Of a stretch of DNA of 32,000 nucleotides, positions 1 to 9,808 are shown piece after piece (positions within the stretch are counted from its first letter, which is position 1; every line of letters begins with the position of its first letter). A program made the position numbers and the translations under genes. The notes beneath the pieces are model-generated. The model was not told the origin of the DNA and searched no databases. It saw only the letters and a list, made by a program, of their open reading frames with translations. The DNA is from an archaeon (lineage in GTDB: Archaea > Iainarchaeota > Iainarchaeia > Iainarchaeales > JANQMZ01): positions 720,001 to 752,000 of the forward strand of contig JANQMZ010000007.1 in NCBI GenBank assembly GCA_028279805.1, written 5' to 3'.

Positions 1-2
1 TT

Positions 3-140
3 GCAATTCCGATGTCATTTAACACTTTTGATTTTATTGAAGCTTCTCCTGACGAATTTAAAGAGCGTATTGATAAAAGCATTCTGAAAACAAAACCTAT
101 TGTTTTAAAGCCGGGTGAAAACTTTTCTTACAAGCCTTGA
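3..140 (+). CDS. C-terminal end of a CDS truncated by the window start, function unknown
   Basis: Open frame from base 3 reads AIPMSFNTFDFIEASPDEFKERIDKSILKTKPIVLKPGENFSYKP then TGA at 138-140; typical amino-acid composition, convergent with the next gene. Confidence 0.6.
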   Translation, partial: AIPMSFNTFDFIEASPDEFKERIDKSILKTKPIVLKPGENFSYKP

Positions 141-814
141 ACGTTTTCCAAATCTTTTTCTGTACTGAAGTGAACAAATTTTTTATCAGATTCAACAAAG
201 GAAGCTTTGCCTTTTTCCGCTAACCTGTTTACCGCGTCCGGCAGTTCAAATTCTCTTCTTTTGCTTAATGTTATTTTTTCAAGTTCTGAAAAAAGTCCTG
301 ATGAAAACTTGTAAACTCCGGCATTAATCAGATTGCTTTCCGGTTTTTCAGGTTTTTCTTCAATTCCCAAAAGCTTTTCCCCGTCTGTTTTTAAAACCCC
401 AAAATTTTCAGGTTTTTGTGCTTTTTTGGCCAAAACAACGCATTCAAATCCTTTTTTTTGAATGACTTTTTGCATATCCTCGGCATCCGTTAAAACATCC
501 ACATTTAACACAATAAAATCTTTTTCTCCCACATTTTTTTTCACTCTTATAACTGCATGCCCTGTTCCCCACAACTGTGTCTGGTCCACAAATTCCAAAG
601 GAATGCCTCTGAATTTTTCTGAAAACTTTTTTTTAACCATATCCGCTTTATATTCAACGACTATAATTATTTTTTCAGGCTTTAATTCTGAAACAGTTTC
701 AAGATTTCTTTTAAGCAAACTTTTTCCCTTAACTTTAACCAGTGCTTTCGGAATTTTATCCGTTAAAGGTTTCATTCTATTCCCTTTCCCTGCTGCAAGT
801 ATTACAAAAATCAT
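128..814 (-). CDS. Nucleotidyltransferase (sugar-1-phosphate nucleotidyltransferase family), catalytic domain only
   Basis: N-terminal MIFVILAAGKGNRMKPLTDKIPKALVKVKGKSLL matches the NTP_transferase signature (LAAGxGxRMxPLTxxxPKxL); 228 aa with no left-handed beta-helix tail. Confidence 0.85.
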   Translation of the reverse strand: MIFVILAAGKGNRMKPLTDKIPKALVKVKGKSLLKRNLETVSELKPEKIIIVVEYKADMVKKKFSEKFRGIPLEFVDQTQLWGTGHAVIRVKKNVGEKDFIVLNVDVLTDAEDMQKVIQKKGFECVVLAKKAQKPENFGVLKTDGEKLLGIEEKPEKPESNLINAGVYKFSSGLFSELEKITLSKRREFELPDAVNRLAEKGKASFVESDKKFVHFSTEKDLENVQGL

Positions 815-1743
815 TTTATTTTTCCCGGTGGATTTTTTTCAATTTTTATTTTCATTAAATCTTTTGCTATAACCGCTTTTTTAAATTTTTTTAACGCTTC
901 CTTTTCAATGTTTTTATCATTTTTATATCTTGGAGAAATATGGGTTAAAAACAATTTTTTTGGTTTCACTTTTTTTGCAATTGCTGCAGCCTGTAAAACA
1001 GTTGAATGTTTTGCTTCTTTTGCTTTTTGTTTTTCTGTTTCCAAAAAAGTTGCTTCATGAATCAGAACATCACAGTTTTTTAAATTTTTTAAATAATTTC
1101 CGGGAGCTGTATCCAAAGCAATGCAAACTTTCCTCCCTTTTCTTCCTTTTGAATAATTCATAACCTGTTCAGGTGTAAAAGTTTTGCCTTTAACTTTTAC
1201 TTTTTTTCCTGACTGCAGTTTTGCATACAATGGCCCGACAGGAATTCCCAGCTTTTCTGCTTTTTTTCTTTCAAATGTTGCCGTTTTGTCTTTTTCTTTA
1301 AAACAAAAACCAAAACATTTCACTGTATGATTTAATTCAAATGCTTCTATGAAAAAATTTTTTTCTTCAAAAATTTTTCCTTTTTTTATTTCTTTTACTT
1401 TTATTTCAAAACCAATGTCTAAAGTTTTTTTAACCATTTTTCGTGCATCTGAAACAATTTGTTCAATTCCTTTAGGCCCAAAAATTTGCAGGGGCATTTT
1501 TCTTTCATTTAAGCTCATTGTTGCAAATAATCCGGGCAATCCCAGAAAATGGTCCGGATGGAAATGGCTTATAAAAATGGCATTTAACTGCATTAATTTA
1601 AAATTTGCTTTCATTAACTGCCTTTGAGTTCCCTCTGAACAGTCAAATAAAGCCCTGAATCCTTCAAATTTTAAAGCTATTGCGTTAACATTCCTGTTTT
1701 TTGTAGGCATTGAACCGGATGTTCCTAGAAAAACTATTTTCAT
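811..1743 (-). CDS. rnz: tRNA 3'-processing endonuclease RNase Z
   Basis: MKIVFLGTSGSMPTKNRN start, metallo-beta-lactamase motif ISHFHPDHFLGLPGL, C-terminal FLTHISPRY; length typical. Confidence 0.92.
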   Translation of the reverse strand: MKIVFLGTSGSMPTKNRNVNAIALKFEGFRALFDCSEGTQRQLMKANFKLMQLNAIFISHFHPDHFLGLPGLFATMSLNERKMPLQIFGPKGIEQIVSDARKMVKKTLDIGFEIKVKEIKKGKIFEEKNFFIEAFELNHTVKCFGFCFKEKDKTATFERKKAEKLGIPVGPLYAKLQSGKKVKVKGKTFTPEQVMNYSKGRKGRKVCIALDTAPGNYLKNLKNCDVLIHEATFLETEKQKAKEAKHSTVLQAAAIAKKVKPKKLFLTHISPRYKNDKNIEKEALKKFKKAVIAKDLMKIKIEKNPPGKIK

Positions 1744-1839
1744 TTTTTTTCACTCAAAAATGCTGCTTAAAAGTTCTTTTAATGCTTTTTTTTGGTTAAA
1801 GCATTGTTTTTTAATCATTTTACCCTGTTTTTTCTTTTA

Positions 1840-3759
1840 ATGCCTTCATCCAAATATTCCAAAATTAAAACAACTGCAGACATAAACGTTTCAGAAAAAA
1901 TAATTAACCAGGTTATCGGACAGGAAAAAGCTGTTGAAATTATAAGAAAAGCATCTGCTCAGAAAAGAAACGTTTTGCTTATTGGTTTGCCGGGAATAGG
2001 CAAAAGCATGCTTGCACAGGCAATGGCTCAAATTTTGCCTTTGGAACAATTGCAGGACATTTTAATTTATCCCAATGCCAATGATGAAAACAATCCCAAA
2101 GTAAGGATTGTGCCGGCTTCACAGGGAAAACAAATTGTAAACCAGTCAAGAATTGAATCAATGAAAGAAAATCAAAACATGAGACTGATTACAATGTTTT
2201 TGCCGTTAGTCTGGTTTGTTATTTCTTTTCTGGTCTGGACTCTCGGATGGGTTCCGGATGTTGTTTACGCTGCATTACTGATTTTGGGCGGAATTATTTT
2301 ATTCGGCTTAATGGTCGGAGCACAGGTTCGTTCACGGGAAAAAACTTTAACACCAAAACTTTTGGTTGACAATATTGGAAAAAAGATAGCACCTTTTATT
2401 GAAGCAACAGGTGCAAGAGCCGGAGCATTATTGGGGGATGTCAGGCACGACCCCCTGCAGTCAGGCGGTCTGGGAACGCCTGCACATTTGCGTGTTGAAC
2501 CCGGCATGATTCACAGGGTTAATCGCGGAGTATTATTTTTGGATGAAATTGCTTCTTTGTCTCCCAAAGCACAGCAGGAATTATTAACAGCAATGCAGGA
2601 AAAAAAATATGCAATTACCGGGCAGAGTGAAATGAGTTCCGGTTCAATGGTGCGCACTGATCCCGTGCCATGTGATTTTATTCTGGTTGCAGCCGGAAAT
2701 TATGGTGATTTGAAAAAAGTTCACCCGGCTTTGCGTTCAAGAATTCGGGGTTACGGTTACGAAGTTTACATGAATCTGGACATGCCTGACACTCCTGAAA
2801 ACAGGGACAAGCTTGTTCAGTTTGTTGCACAGGAAGTCAGCAAGGATAACAAAATTTCTCATTTTACAATGGATGCTGTTGAAGAAATTATTTTTGAAGC
2901 AAAAAAACGTTCGATGAAAAAAAATTCTCTGACATTAAAATTAAGGGACTTGGGTGGCTTAATCCGTGCCTCGGGAGATATTGCCAAAAAAAAGGGAAAC
3001 AAGTTTGTTGAAAAACAGGATGTAATTGAGGCAAAAATGACTGCTTTAACATTGGAACAGCAGATGATGGAAAAAATAATTGAAAACAAAAAAGAATATG
3101 AGGTTTATTTAACAAAAGGAGAAATCATTGGCAGGGTTAACGGTTTGGCTGTTTCAAGTGACGGGTCAGCGGGAATGATTCTGCCTATTGAATCAGAGGT
3201 TGCTCCGGCCGCTTCACGTTCAGAGGGAAAAATTATTGCAACAGGCAAACTTGGAAAAATTGCAAAAGAAGCTGTTCAAAACGTGTCAGCAATTGTTAAA
3301 AAAATTTCAGGAAAAGACATAAGCAATCATGATCTGCATATTCAGTTTTTGCAGGCATATGAGGGCGTTGAAGGGGATTCTGCTTCTGTTTCAGTGGCTG
3401 CGTCAGTTATTTCTGCACTGGAAGGCATTCCCATAAAACAGGATTTGGCAATGACAGGCTCTTTATCTGTCCGCGGAGAAGTTTTGCCTGTCGGAGGCGT
3501 AACTGCAAAAATTAAAGCGGCAATTCAGGCAAAAATCAAGGAAGTTATTATTCCGAAAGCAAACAAGGCTGATGTTGTTTTGTCAAAAGAAGATTTTAAA
3601 AAAATTAAGATAATTCCTGTTTCAACTTTGGAAGAATTGATTAACCATTCTTTTATTAAAAGCAGGAAAAAAACAAAACTGTTAAGTTCTTTGAAAAAAA
3701 TAGTTTCAATAGATTTTAACAATGTTTTAAAAAAAGCAAAAAAAATTATAAGAACTTAA
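1840..3759 (+). CDS. lonB: Archaeal LonB-type membrane-anchored ATP-dependent protease
   Basis: Walker [14 protein letters not shown], Walker [12 protein letters not shown], two hydrophobic segments between them, Lon catalytic motif [17 protein letters not shown] and Lys in [12 protein letters not shown] opens at 1792, but ATG at 1840 ([33 protein letters not shown]) is the likelier start. Confidence 0.95.
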   Translation: MPSSKYSKIKTTADINVSEKIINQVIGQEKAVEIIRKASAQKRNVLLIGLPGIGKSMLAQAMAQILPLEQLQDILIYPNANDENNPKVRIVPASQGKQIVNQSRIESMKENQNMRLITMFLPLVWFVISFLVWTLGWVPDVVYAALLILGGIILFGLMVGAQVRSREKTLTPKLLVDNIGKKIAPFIEATGARAGALLGDVRHDPLQSGGLGTPAHLRVEPGMIHRVNRGVLFLDEIASLSPKAQQELLTAMQEKKYAITGQSEMSSGSMVRTDPVPCDFILVAAGNYGDLKKVHPALRSRIRGYGYEVYMNLDMPDTPENRDKLVQFVAQEVSKDNKISHFTMDAVEEIIFEAKKRSMKKNSLTLKLRDLGGLIRASGDIAKKKGNKFVEKQDVIEAKMTALTLEQQMMEKIIENKKEYEVYLTKGEIIGRVNGLAVSSDGSAGMILPIESEVAPAASRSEGKIIATGKLGKIAKEAVQNVSAIVKKISGKDISNHDLHIQFLQAYEGVEGDSASVSVAASVISALEGIPIKQDLAMTGSLSVRGEVLPVGGVTAKIKAAIQAKIKEVIIPKANKADVVLSKEDFKKIKIIPVSTLEELINHSFIKSRKKTKLLSSLKKIVSIDFNNVLKKAKKIIRT

Positions 3760-4991
3760 TTTCCTGAAACCAGGATAATTCTTCCTTCCCTTAATTCAAA
3801 TTTGTCTTTTGTAATTTCTTTTCTTTTTTGCCCTGTTTTTGTTAACAGAATTGTTTTTTTGTTTTTGTTAACAGATTTGACTTTTCCTACCAATGCCCCT
3901 TCATTGTTGTAAACCGGCAACCCTACAAGCAAATCTGTTATAAAGTTTCTGACATCAATGCTGTCCGCTATTCTGAATGCTATTAATAACACGATAAATG
4001 ACAGTAAAATGGAGAAAAGGAAAAAATTTAAGTCAGCCTGCCTTAAGAAAACCAGAGTACCGGAATCTAAAATAAACCATATTAAAATTGTTGAAACAGC
4101 GTACAAAAAATATCTTCTCAGTTCAGGTGCTTTTTTCAAATGAATTGCATCTACTCCTCGCCCGATTAATCCGAACAATATTGCCAAAACCGTAAACAAG
4201 TATGTTCCCTGTATTGCGGTTACAGTGCTTAAAGCAATATCAGGTCCGAAAGTAAAACTTCCATAACCTGTTATTAATCCGAAAATGAATATGAATAATC
4301 CTCCAATATAAAAAGGAAAAGATGTTCTTTGAACTGAAATTGAACTTGTTATTCTGTGTGTTGTTAAAATAATTCTGTTTTCAAATCCGAATCCTTTCAA
4401 TAACAAATAAATTCCCAAAATTAATGAGACGCCTTGAAAAAATTGTTGTTCTGCTCCCAATGCAAACATTATTGTATAAACCAGTAAAATCAAACCGGGA
4501 ATTCCAAAAACAATTCTTGACAAAAAAGGATCCCTTAAAGCTTCCCTTAAAGTATAGTAAAGACTTTCAACAGGTTTTGATTGTTTTACTATTACCAGTT
4601 CTTTTGATAAAATTTTTCCCCTGCCTGTCAGCAAAGGCAAAATCTGTTCATCTTCCGCTCCGTCTGACACAAGCACAAATGAATCAATTTCATGTTTTTT
4701 TTCAAGCCAATCCAGTTGTTCTGTTAATTTTAAATCAGACTGAAAAGAACTTTTTCCATGCCCTGTTAATGTTACAATTTCAACATTTGAATTTGTTTTT
4801 TTAATTTCATCAAATTTTTTAATTGAAGCAAAAATGCTGTTGGCATCTGATTCGGTTGGATCAGCTAAAGCCAGTTTTGTTGCAGCTTTTAAATTATCAG
4901 CACGCCCTACAACCGGTCCTTTAATTCCCGCTTTTTTACCCAAATCGTTGTCCCTGTCAACGCATAAAACAATAATGTTCTTTTTAACCAT
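3756..4991 (-). CDS. DUF373 family integral membrane protein
   Basis: N-terminus [50 protein letters not shown] is the characteristic DUF373 start; several TM segments in the C-terminal half. Confidence 0.85.
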   Translation of the reverse strand: MVKKNIIVLCVDRDNDLGKKAGIKGPVVGRADNLKAATKLALADPTESDANSIFASIKKFDEIKKTNSNVEIVTLTGHGKSSFQSDLKLTEQLDWLEKKHEIDSFVLVSDGAEDEQILPLLTGRGKILSKELVIVKQSKPVESLYYTLREALRDPFLSRIVFGIPGLILLVYTIMFALGAEQQFFQGVSLILGIYLLLKGFGFENRIILTTHRITSSISVQRTSFPFYIGGLFIFIFGLITGYGSFTFGPDIALSTVTAIQGTYLFTVLAILFGLIGRGVDAIHLKKAPELRRYFLYAVSTILIWFILDSGTLVFLRQADLNFFLFSILLSFIVLLIAFRIADSIDVRNFITDLLVGLPVYNNEGALVGKVKSVNKNKKTILLTKTGQKRKEITKDKFELREGRIILVSGN

Positions 4992-5084
4992 TTTAAACCA
5001 ACAAAAGCATTAATAATCATTAAACTATAATTAATTAATAAAGGTTGCAAAACTAATATATATTGTTTTTTGAAGGGGTTTAAA

Positions 5085-6161
5085 ATGAGAGAAACAGCCA
5101 AAAAATACGGCGTTTTTGCGTTTGTAATAATTGTTTTAATAGTTCTGGCACTGTTAACAGTTTCACTTTTGGGAAACCTATCTCCGGCTGTGGCAGCAGC
5201 TTCACAACCATCTTCTTTCGGAATTTTTTCAGCAAGCAATTTAATCTGGTTGGCAATTCTGGCTGTTTTTTTACTGGCAATATGGCGCTTTGAATTTATT
5301 GTTTTCTTAAAAGATTTTGAAAGAGCGGTAATTTTCAGGTTTGGAAAAATTAATCGCGTTGGAGGGCCAGGCTGGGCAATAATTATTCCCGGTGCAGAAT
5401 CTTACAGGCGGGTTGATTTAAGAGCAAAAACTTATGACTTGGAAAGACAGGATGTTATTACAAAAGATTCAATTGAATTAAGAATTGACAGTGTTATTTA
5501 TTTGAAAGTTAAAGATGACCCTGAATCTGTTATCAATTCCGTTGTAAAAATTGTGGACTATGTTAAAGCTTCAACATTGTTTGTAACATCCGCAATAAGA
5601 GACAAAGTTGGCTCGCTGGAATTATCTGAGGTTATTTCAAATGTTGAAAAACTAAATATTTCTTTGAAAAAAGAACTGGAAAGAATGACTGACAAATGGG
5701 GAATTGCAGTTCAGGCTGTTGAAATTAAAGACATTCAGATTCCGAGAACAATTTTGGATGCAATGCATGCTGAAAAAGCTGCTGTGCGGGAAAAACTTGC
5801 AAGAATGGAAAAAGCAAAAGCAAAAGAAGCAGAAATTGAAGCTGTGCAAAGAGCTTCAGCAAACTTAACAGACAAAACTCTGGGTTATTATTACATCAAA
5901 GCACTGGAAGAAATGTCAAAAGGCAAATCAACCAAATTAGTTTTTCCTTTGGAGTTCAGCAGGTTAGCCAAATCTTTGGGCGGGGTCGCAGACGAACCAA
6001 AAGTTGAACAAACTTTGGACAAATACAAAGGGCTTCTGGAAGACTATGTTTCAAAAGCTGTTAAAAAAGCAAAAAAAGAAGAAAAAGCGGAAACAATTGA
6101 AATAGAAGAAAATGCAGAAAAACCGCCGACAGAAACAACTGAATCAGACAATTCTGAATAA
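5085..6161 (+). CDS. SPFH/band 7 (slipin/stomatin-like) membrane protein
   Basis: TM segment then FERAVIFRFGKINRVGGPGWAIIIPGAESYRRVDLRAKTYDLERQDVITKDSIELRIDSVIYLKV, a classic band-7 domain. ATG at 5085 preferred over upstream TTG at 5070. Confidence 0.92.
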   Translation: MRETAKKYGVFAFVIIVLIVLALLTVSLLGNLSPAVAAASQPSSFGIFSASNLIWLAILAVFLLAIWRFEFIVFLKDFERAVIFRFGKINRVGGPGWAIIIPGAESYRRVDLRAKTYDLERQDVITKDSIELRIDSVIYLKVKDDPESVINSVVKIVDYVKASTLFVTSAIRDKVGSLELSEVISNVEKLNISLKKELERMTDKWGIAVQAVEIKDIQIPRTILDAMHAEKAAVREKLARMEKAKAKEAEIEAVQRASANLTDKTLGYYYIKALEEMSKGKSTKLVFPLEFSRLAKSLGGVADEPKVEQTLDKYKGLLEDYVSKAVKKAKKEEKAETIEIEENAEKPPTETTESDNSE

Positions 6162-6165
6162 AAAA

Positions 6166-7143
6166 CTAATTTTTGTAATGTTTTGTTCCGTGACCTACAA
6201 CAAGAACTATTAATGCTATTATGTAAATGGTTGCAATTGTTAAAGCAAACAATTCATCGCCTGTTATCAAATAAGCTTCAATTATTGCCCCCACAACCAG
6301 TGAAACAATTGCCAATACAAACAATATGAAAGCGTCTATTGCAACAATTTTAAACTCATTTTTTGACCTGTTTCTTTTAACTATTGCTACAGATAAAATT
6401 CCGCCGCCGATTGCTGCAAAAAAATAACCCAGTAATTCGGGAATGCCGTGAGGCAGCAATCCCAAAAAACCAAAATGGTTTTCCGCTAAAATGTTTTGCC
6501 CTAAAAGTGTTCCAAGCACGGACGCATTCCAGCTTATTAAAAATAATGCTCCCGCACCGTACAAGAATGAAAATAAAGCTGCCAGAATTAAAACGTTCAA
6601 ATTGTTAACAAGAATAAAATGTAAAATAAAAGAAAAACCGCTTAAACAAATATCTGCAATAATGCTTGCACATTCATGTGCAATTTCAGGCAAAGTTGCC
6701 TGCCCCGTTATCCTGTTTTTTAAATTTTTAATTCCTTCCAGTGTTTTGGTTTGCTCTGAAAAAACTTCACTTTTTGTAGGCAGATGAAAACAATTGGAAC
6801 CAAAACAAGTGTCAGTGTGTTTTTCAGGCAGAACAGTAAACCATAAGCCATAACTTAAAATTATTCCGATAAAAATCCATGAATAAATTTTAATTAAGCC
6901 CATGTGCCTTTCCATAAAAGTTTTGCCAATTTTTGTTTCCTGTGCTTCAAGCCTTGTGTAAAAGGCATGAATTAAAGGCGTTAATCCTATTGTGATAAAG
7001 GCAACGCTTAACACGCTTGTGTGTTCCATGAAAATTAAATGGGATGTGAACATTGCCGCTCCGCTTAACAAAAAACCAACCAGCAATAATTTGAATGGCT
7101 CTCTCGCAATATCCTCAGAGTTAAACAAAGACTCTAAAACCAT
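6166..7143 (-). CDS. SpoIIM/DUF95-like integral membrane protein
   Basis: Polytopic membrane protein with NNLNVLILAALFSFLYGAGALFLISWNASVLGTLLG...HGIPELLGYFFAAIGGGILSVA, typical of the stage II sporulation protein M family. Confidence 0.8.
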   Translation of the reverse strand: MVLESLFNSEDIAREPFKLLLVGFLLSGAAMFTSHLIFMEHTSVLSVAFITIGLTPLIHAFYTRLEAQETKIGKTFMERHMGLIKIYSWIFIGIILSYGLWFTVLPEKHTDTCFGSNCFHLPTKSEVFSEQTKTLEGIKNLKNRITGQATLPEIAHECASIIADICLSGFSFILHFILVNNLNVLILAALFSFLYGAGALFLISWNASVLGTLLGQNILAENHFGFLGLLPHGIPELLGYFFAAIGGGILSVAIVKRNRSKNEFKIVAIDAFILFVLAIVSLVVGAIIEAYLITGDELFALTIATIYIIALIVLVVGHGTKHYKN

Positions 7144-7212
7144 TTTTTCACCTTAAAACTCAAATATATTGCAAAACCCTCATTTTAATCTTTTCTTTTT
7201 AAAACAAATTTT

Positions 7213-7253
7213 TCAACCAAATGGTTGATTTTTTTTCAACCAAAGGTATATTA
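7213..7253 (+). promoter_or_regulatory. Candidate operator (inverted repeat TCAACCA-AA-TGGTTGA plus a third TCAACCA) abutting TATA-like element GGTATATTA
   Basis: TCAACCA 7213-7219, TGGTTGA 7222-7228, TCAACCA 7236-7242, TATA-like 7246-7253, ATG 7287. Confidence 0.5.
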
Positions 7254-7286
7254 CTTTGCCAAACAGGAATCCTATTGGTTGGTAAT

Positions 7287-9227
7287 ATGGTCAGGTCTTT
7301 AACCGGATTAATGGTATTTTTCTTCATTTTGTTATCTGCAAACATTTTTGCAGCAACCTTGGTTGGTGATAATTTATCAGTGAATCCGGTTCATAACGGT
7401 TCAATTACACGCTGGTCAGACAAAGGTTTGGCTGTCAGCGCATTAGATTCTGATAAAAGAGTTGTATTATTTGTATCAAAAAATAACGGAAAAACCTGGC
7501 AAAAAACAGACTTTGATTTAAGACAAAATGTTTTTACTGACAATTCAAACAATCCTCCGACTGTGGGCATTGACAATAAAAGAAAAAAAATTTTTGTTTT
7601 AATGCATCAAAGAAATTTTGGAAACGGGGAAACTTCAAGTGTTTATTATACTGAAGCCAGGTTAAAATCAAATTTGTTAAAAAAATCAAAATGGTCAAAA
7701 CCAATTGAAATAATCAGAGTGCATTCTCACAGAACCGGTTTTTTGCCCGGAGAATACGATGTTGATTCCAAAAATGTTTTGTACACTATTGCAGGAAAAG
7801 AACATGGTCCTACAAATATAGCTTTTTGTGATTTGGATAGAAACTGTAAAAAGAAAAAAAACTGGAAAGAAAAACTGCTTTTAGAAAACCTGCATAACGG
7901 AAATTTTGCATTCGGCTTGGATAACAAGGGAAACATTCATTTTTTATACAAAGTAAAAGAAAGTTCGGGTTTTAATATTTGGTATACAAATTTTAACACA
8001 AGCAAAAATTTTGAACAGGGAAACACGGTTAAATTTTCACAGGGAGGCTATCATTTGGATGACGCCCAGATAACTTTTGGCGCATCTGACCAAATAAGAA
8101 TAATGTATTCCAACAGTGCAGACCATGGTTCTGTTAACACTGTTTTTGCAGAATGTTCTTCAGGCTTAAACTGTGCTGATTCAATTTCAAACTGGGATGT
8201 TACAGAAAATGTTTTTGAAAATCATGGAAAAATTGTTAAACCAATTTTGAATGACATGCAAACCGATACAATTGGCAATGATTATATTGTTGTAGAACAT
8301 TGTGACGGAAGTAGTTGTAATCATAATAATACTTTTCCCGGTTTTGTTGTAAGGAATGCTTCAACAAACGAGTTTTCAGAATTTGTCAATGTTGACGATG
8401 ATTTGACAACTTACGGCACTCCCCGTACAACCACGATGAGAATGGATGAATTTGACTTTTTTGACATAATTTATTTTGATACAACAGGAGAATCTCCCGG
8501 CAGATTATATTATGCTGGAAAAAAAAGAGGCTCTGGAGACAATCCGCCTAGAGATGGTCCATATAGTTTTTTCTGCAAAAGCGATTTGCAATGTGCTCCT
8601 AATTTTAATTGTGTCAAAAAGCTAGGCGATTATCTAGAATTCCCTGTGGGAATTTGTGTTCAAGAAAGACTTTTTTCTTCAGCCTATGCAGGATTAGCTG
8701 TCGAGAAAAAGCCTTTCATCAGAGATTTAACAAAATATAGGCTTGTTGCATACTGGGATGAGAAACCGCATTTGTTTCCACCTCCAGCTGCTAAGCGATG
8801 CAAGGAACCTCTGTTGGAAACTACTGGATTTCCCCACACAAATGTAAAATTTTATAATCCTGAAACCAAGCATGCTGTTTTCAACATGCATATTACAAAA
8901 AAACTAACTTTCCCTGATAAAAAATGTATTATTGCTTATGAGTCAGTAAGCAAACAATGCGTTAAATATTGTGATAAAAAATACAGAACTCCTGGAGACA
9001 TTATAAGGAACTCTCCTTTTCCCTATCCTGAACCAATCCCTAACTCAGTTTTGAACGACTTGTTTGCCTCTGATGCTTTAGACTTAGCTAAAGGCGGTGG
9101 AGCATGGCCTTATCAAATCCCAACAATTTTAACTTTTCCTTTCCTTCCTTTATTCGTAGGAATTGCCGGAATAATTACTTACCATGGAGTAATAGTGTTC
9201 TGTAGTGTTGCTGGCTGTCTTGCATAA
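7287..9227 (+). CDS. Exported BNR/sialidase-like beta-propeller protein with Cys-rich segment and hydrophobic C-terminus; function unknown
   Basis: Signal sequence MVRSLTGLMVFFFILLSANIFAA; Asp-box SKNNGKTWQ; later segment CKSDLQCAPNFNCVKKLGDYLEFPVGICV; C-terminal hydrophobic FPFLPLFVGIAGIITYHGVIVFCSVAGCLA. ATG 7287 preferred over the ORF start at 7221. Confidence 0.65.
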   Translation: MVRSLTGLMVFFFILLSANIFAATLVGDNLSVNPVHNGSITRWSDKGLAVSALDSDKRVVLFVSKNNGKTWQKTDFDLRQNVFTDNSNNPPTVGIDNKRKKIFVLMHQRNFGNGETSSVYYTEARLKSNLLKKSKWSKPIEIIRVHSHRTGFLPGEYDVDSKNVLYTIAGKEHGPTNIAFCDLDRNCKKKKNWKEKLLLENLHNGNFAFGLDNKGNIHFLYKVKESSGFNIWYTNFNTSKNFEQGNTVKFSQGGYHLDDAQITFGASDQIRIMYSNSADHGSVNTVFAECSSGLNCADSISNWDVTENVFENHGKIVKPILNDMQTDTIGNDYIVVEHCDGSSCNHNNTFPGFVVRNASTNEFSEFVNVDDDLTTYGTPRTTTMRMDEFDFFDIIYFDTTGESPGRLYYAGKKRGSGDNPPRDGPYSFFCKSDLQCAPNFNCVKKLGDYLEFPVGICVQERLFSSAYAGLAVEKKPFIRDLTKYRLVAYWDEKPHLFPPPAAKRCKEPLLETTGFPHTNVKFYNPETKHAVFNMHITKKLTFPDKKCIIAYESVSKQCVKYCDKKYRTPGDIIRNSPFPYPEPIPNSVLNDLFASDALDLAKGGGAWPYQIPTILTFPFLPLFVGIAGIITYHGVIVFCSVAGCLA

Positions 9228-9237
9228 GGTTAGGAAT

Positions 9238-9705
9238 ATGACTGATGTTTCATTTTCAGGTAAAACTGATAAAACTTTTAGGAAAGGCTTATCTGTTGTT
9301 TTGGAATTTTGCCTGTCAATTGGATTGGACGAAGCTAAAATTGTTTTTTTTGATGCGGAAATTTTGACCAAAAAAGTAATTGAAAAAAAAATTGTGGAAG
9401 GAAAAAGCGGCAAAGCACTTGCATACATTATCATAAAAGTGGACAAATCTGTAACAAAAGACTTGTCAAAAATGCCTGGTTATTATGGTTTTGACCGTAT
9501 TGAAATTTCTAAATCTTTTGAAAATGAAAAAAATGTTGTTCCAGATATGACTATTTTTGACAATTCTTTGAGTTTGAAAAGACTTGAAAAAAGCCAGTTT
9601 AACGCTTTGCTTGATTTTTTAAAGAAAAAAGGATTAAAGTTTGAACAGGATTCTAATGGTGAAGATAACATTCTTCCTGATACCAGCTTTTTCACCTTTT
9701 ATTAA
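9238..9705 (+). CDS. Conserved-looking hypothetical protein
   Basis: Open frame starting MTDVSFSGKTDKTFRKGLSVVLEFCLS immediately after the upstream gene; codon usage like neighbours; no recognised family. Confidence 0.65.
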   Translation: MTDVSFSGKTDKTFRKGLSVVLEFCLSIGLDEAKIVFFDAEILTKKVIEKKIVEGKSGKALAYIIIKVDKSVTKDLSKMPGYYGFDRIEISKSFENEKNVVPDMTIFDNSLSLKRLEKSQFNALLDFLKKKGLKFEQDSNGEDNILPDTSFFTFY

Positions 9706-9808
9706 GCTTTTAAGTGCTTTAAACAGCTCCATACCTTTAAATAGTTTCCGTTGGACTTTTTATTATAGTAAACATTTTAGCTTTTTTTTGGTGTTTTTTT
9801 TGGAAAAA

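Noticed and set aside
1792-1839. Upstream extension of LonB ([16 protein letters not shown])
   Set aside because: Hydrophobic Phe/Leu-rich read-in; ATG 1840 gives the canonical archaeal LonB N-terminus.
9641-9808. Upstream extension of Csl4 (MNRILMVKITFFLIPAF...)
   Set aside because: Overlaps the previous gene and is unlike any Csl4 N-terminus; ATG 9809 gives MVLPGDYLS.
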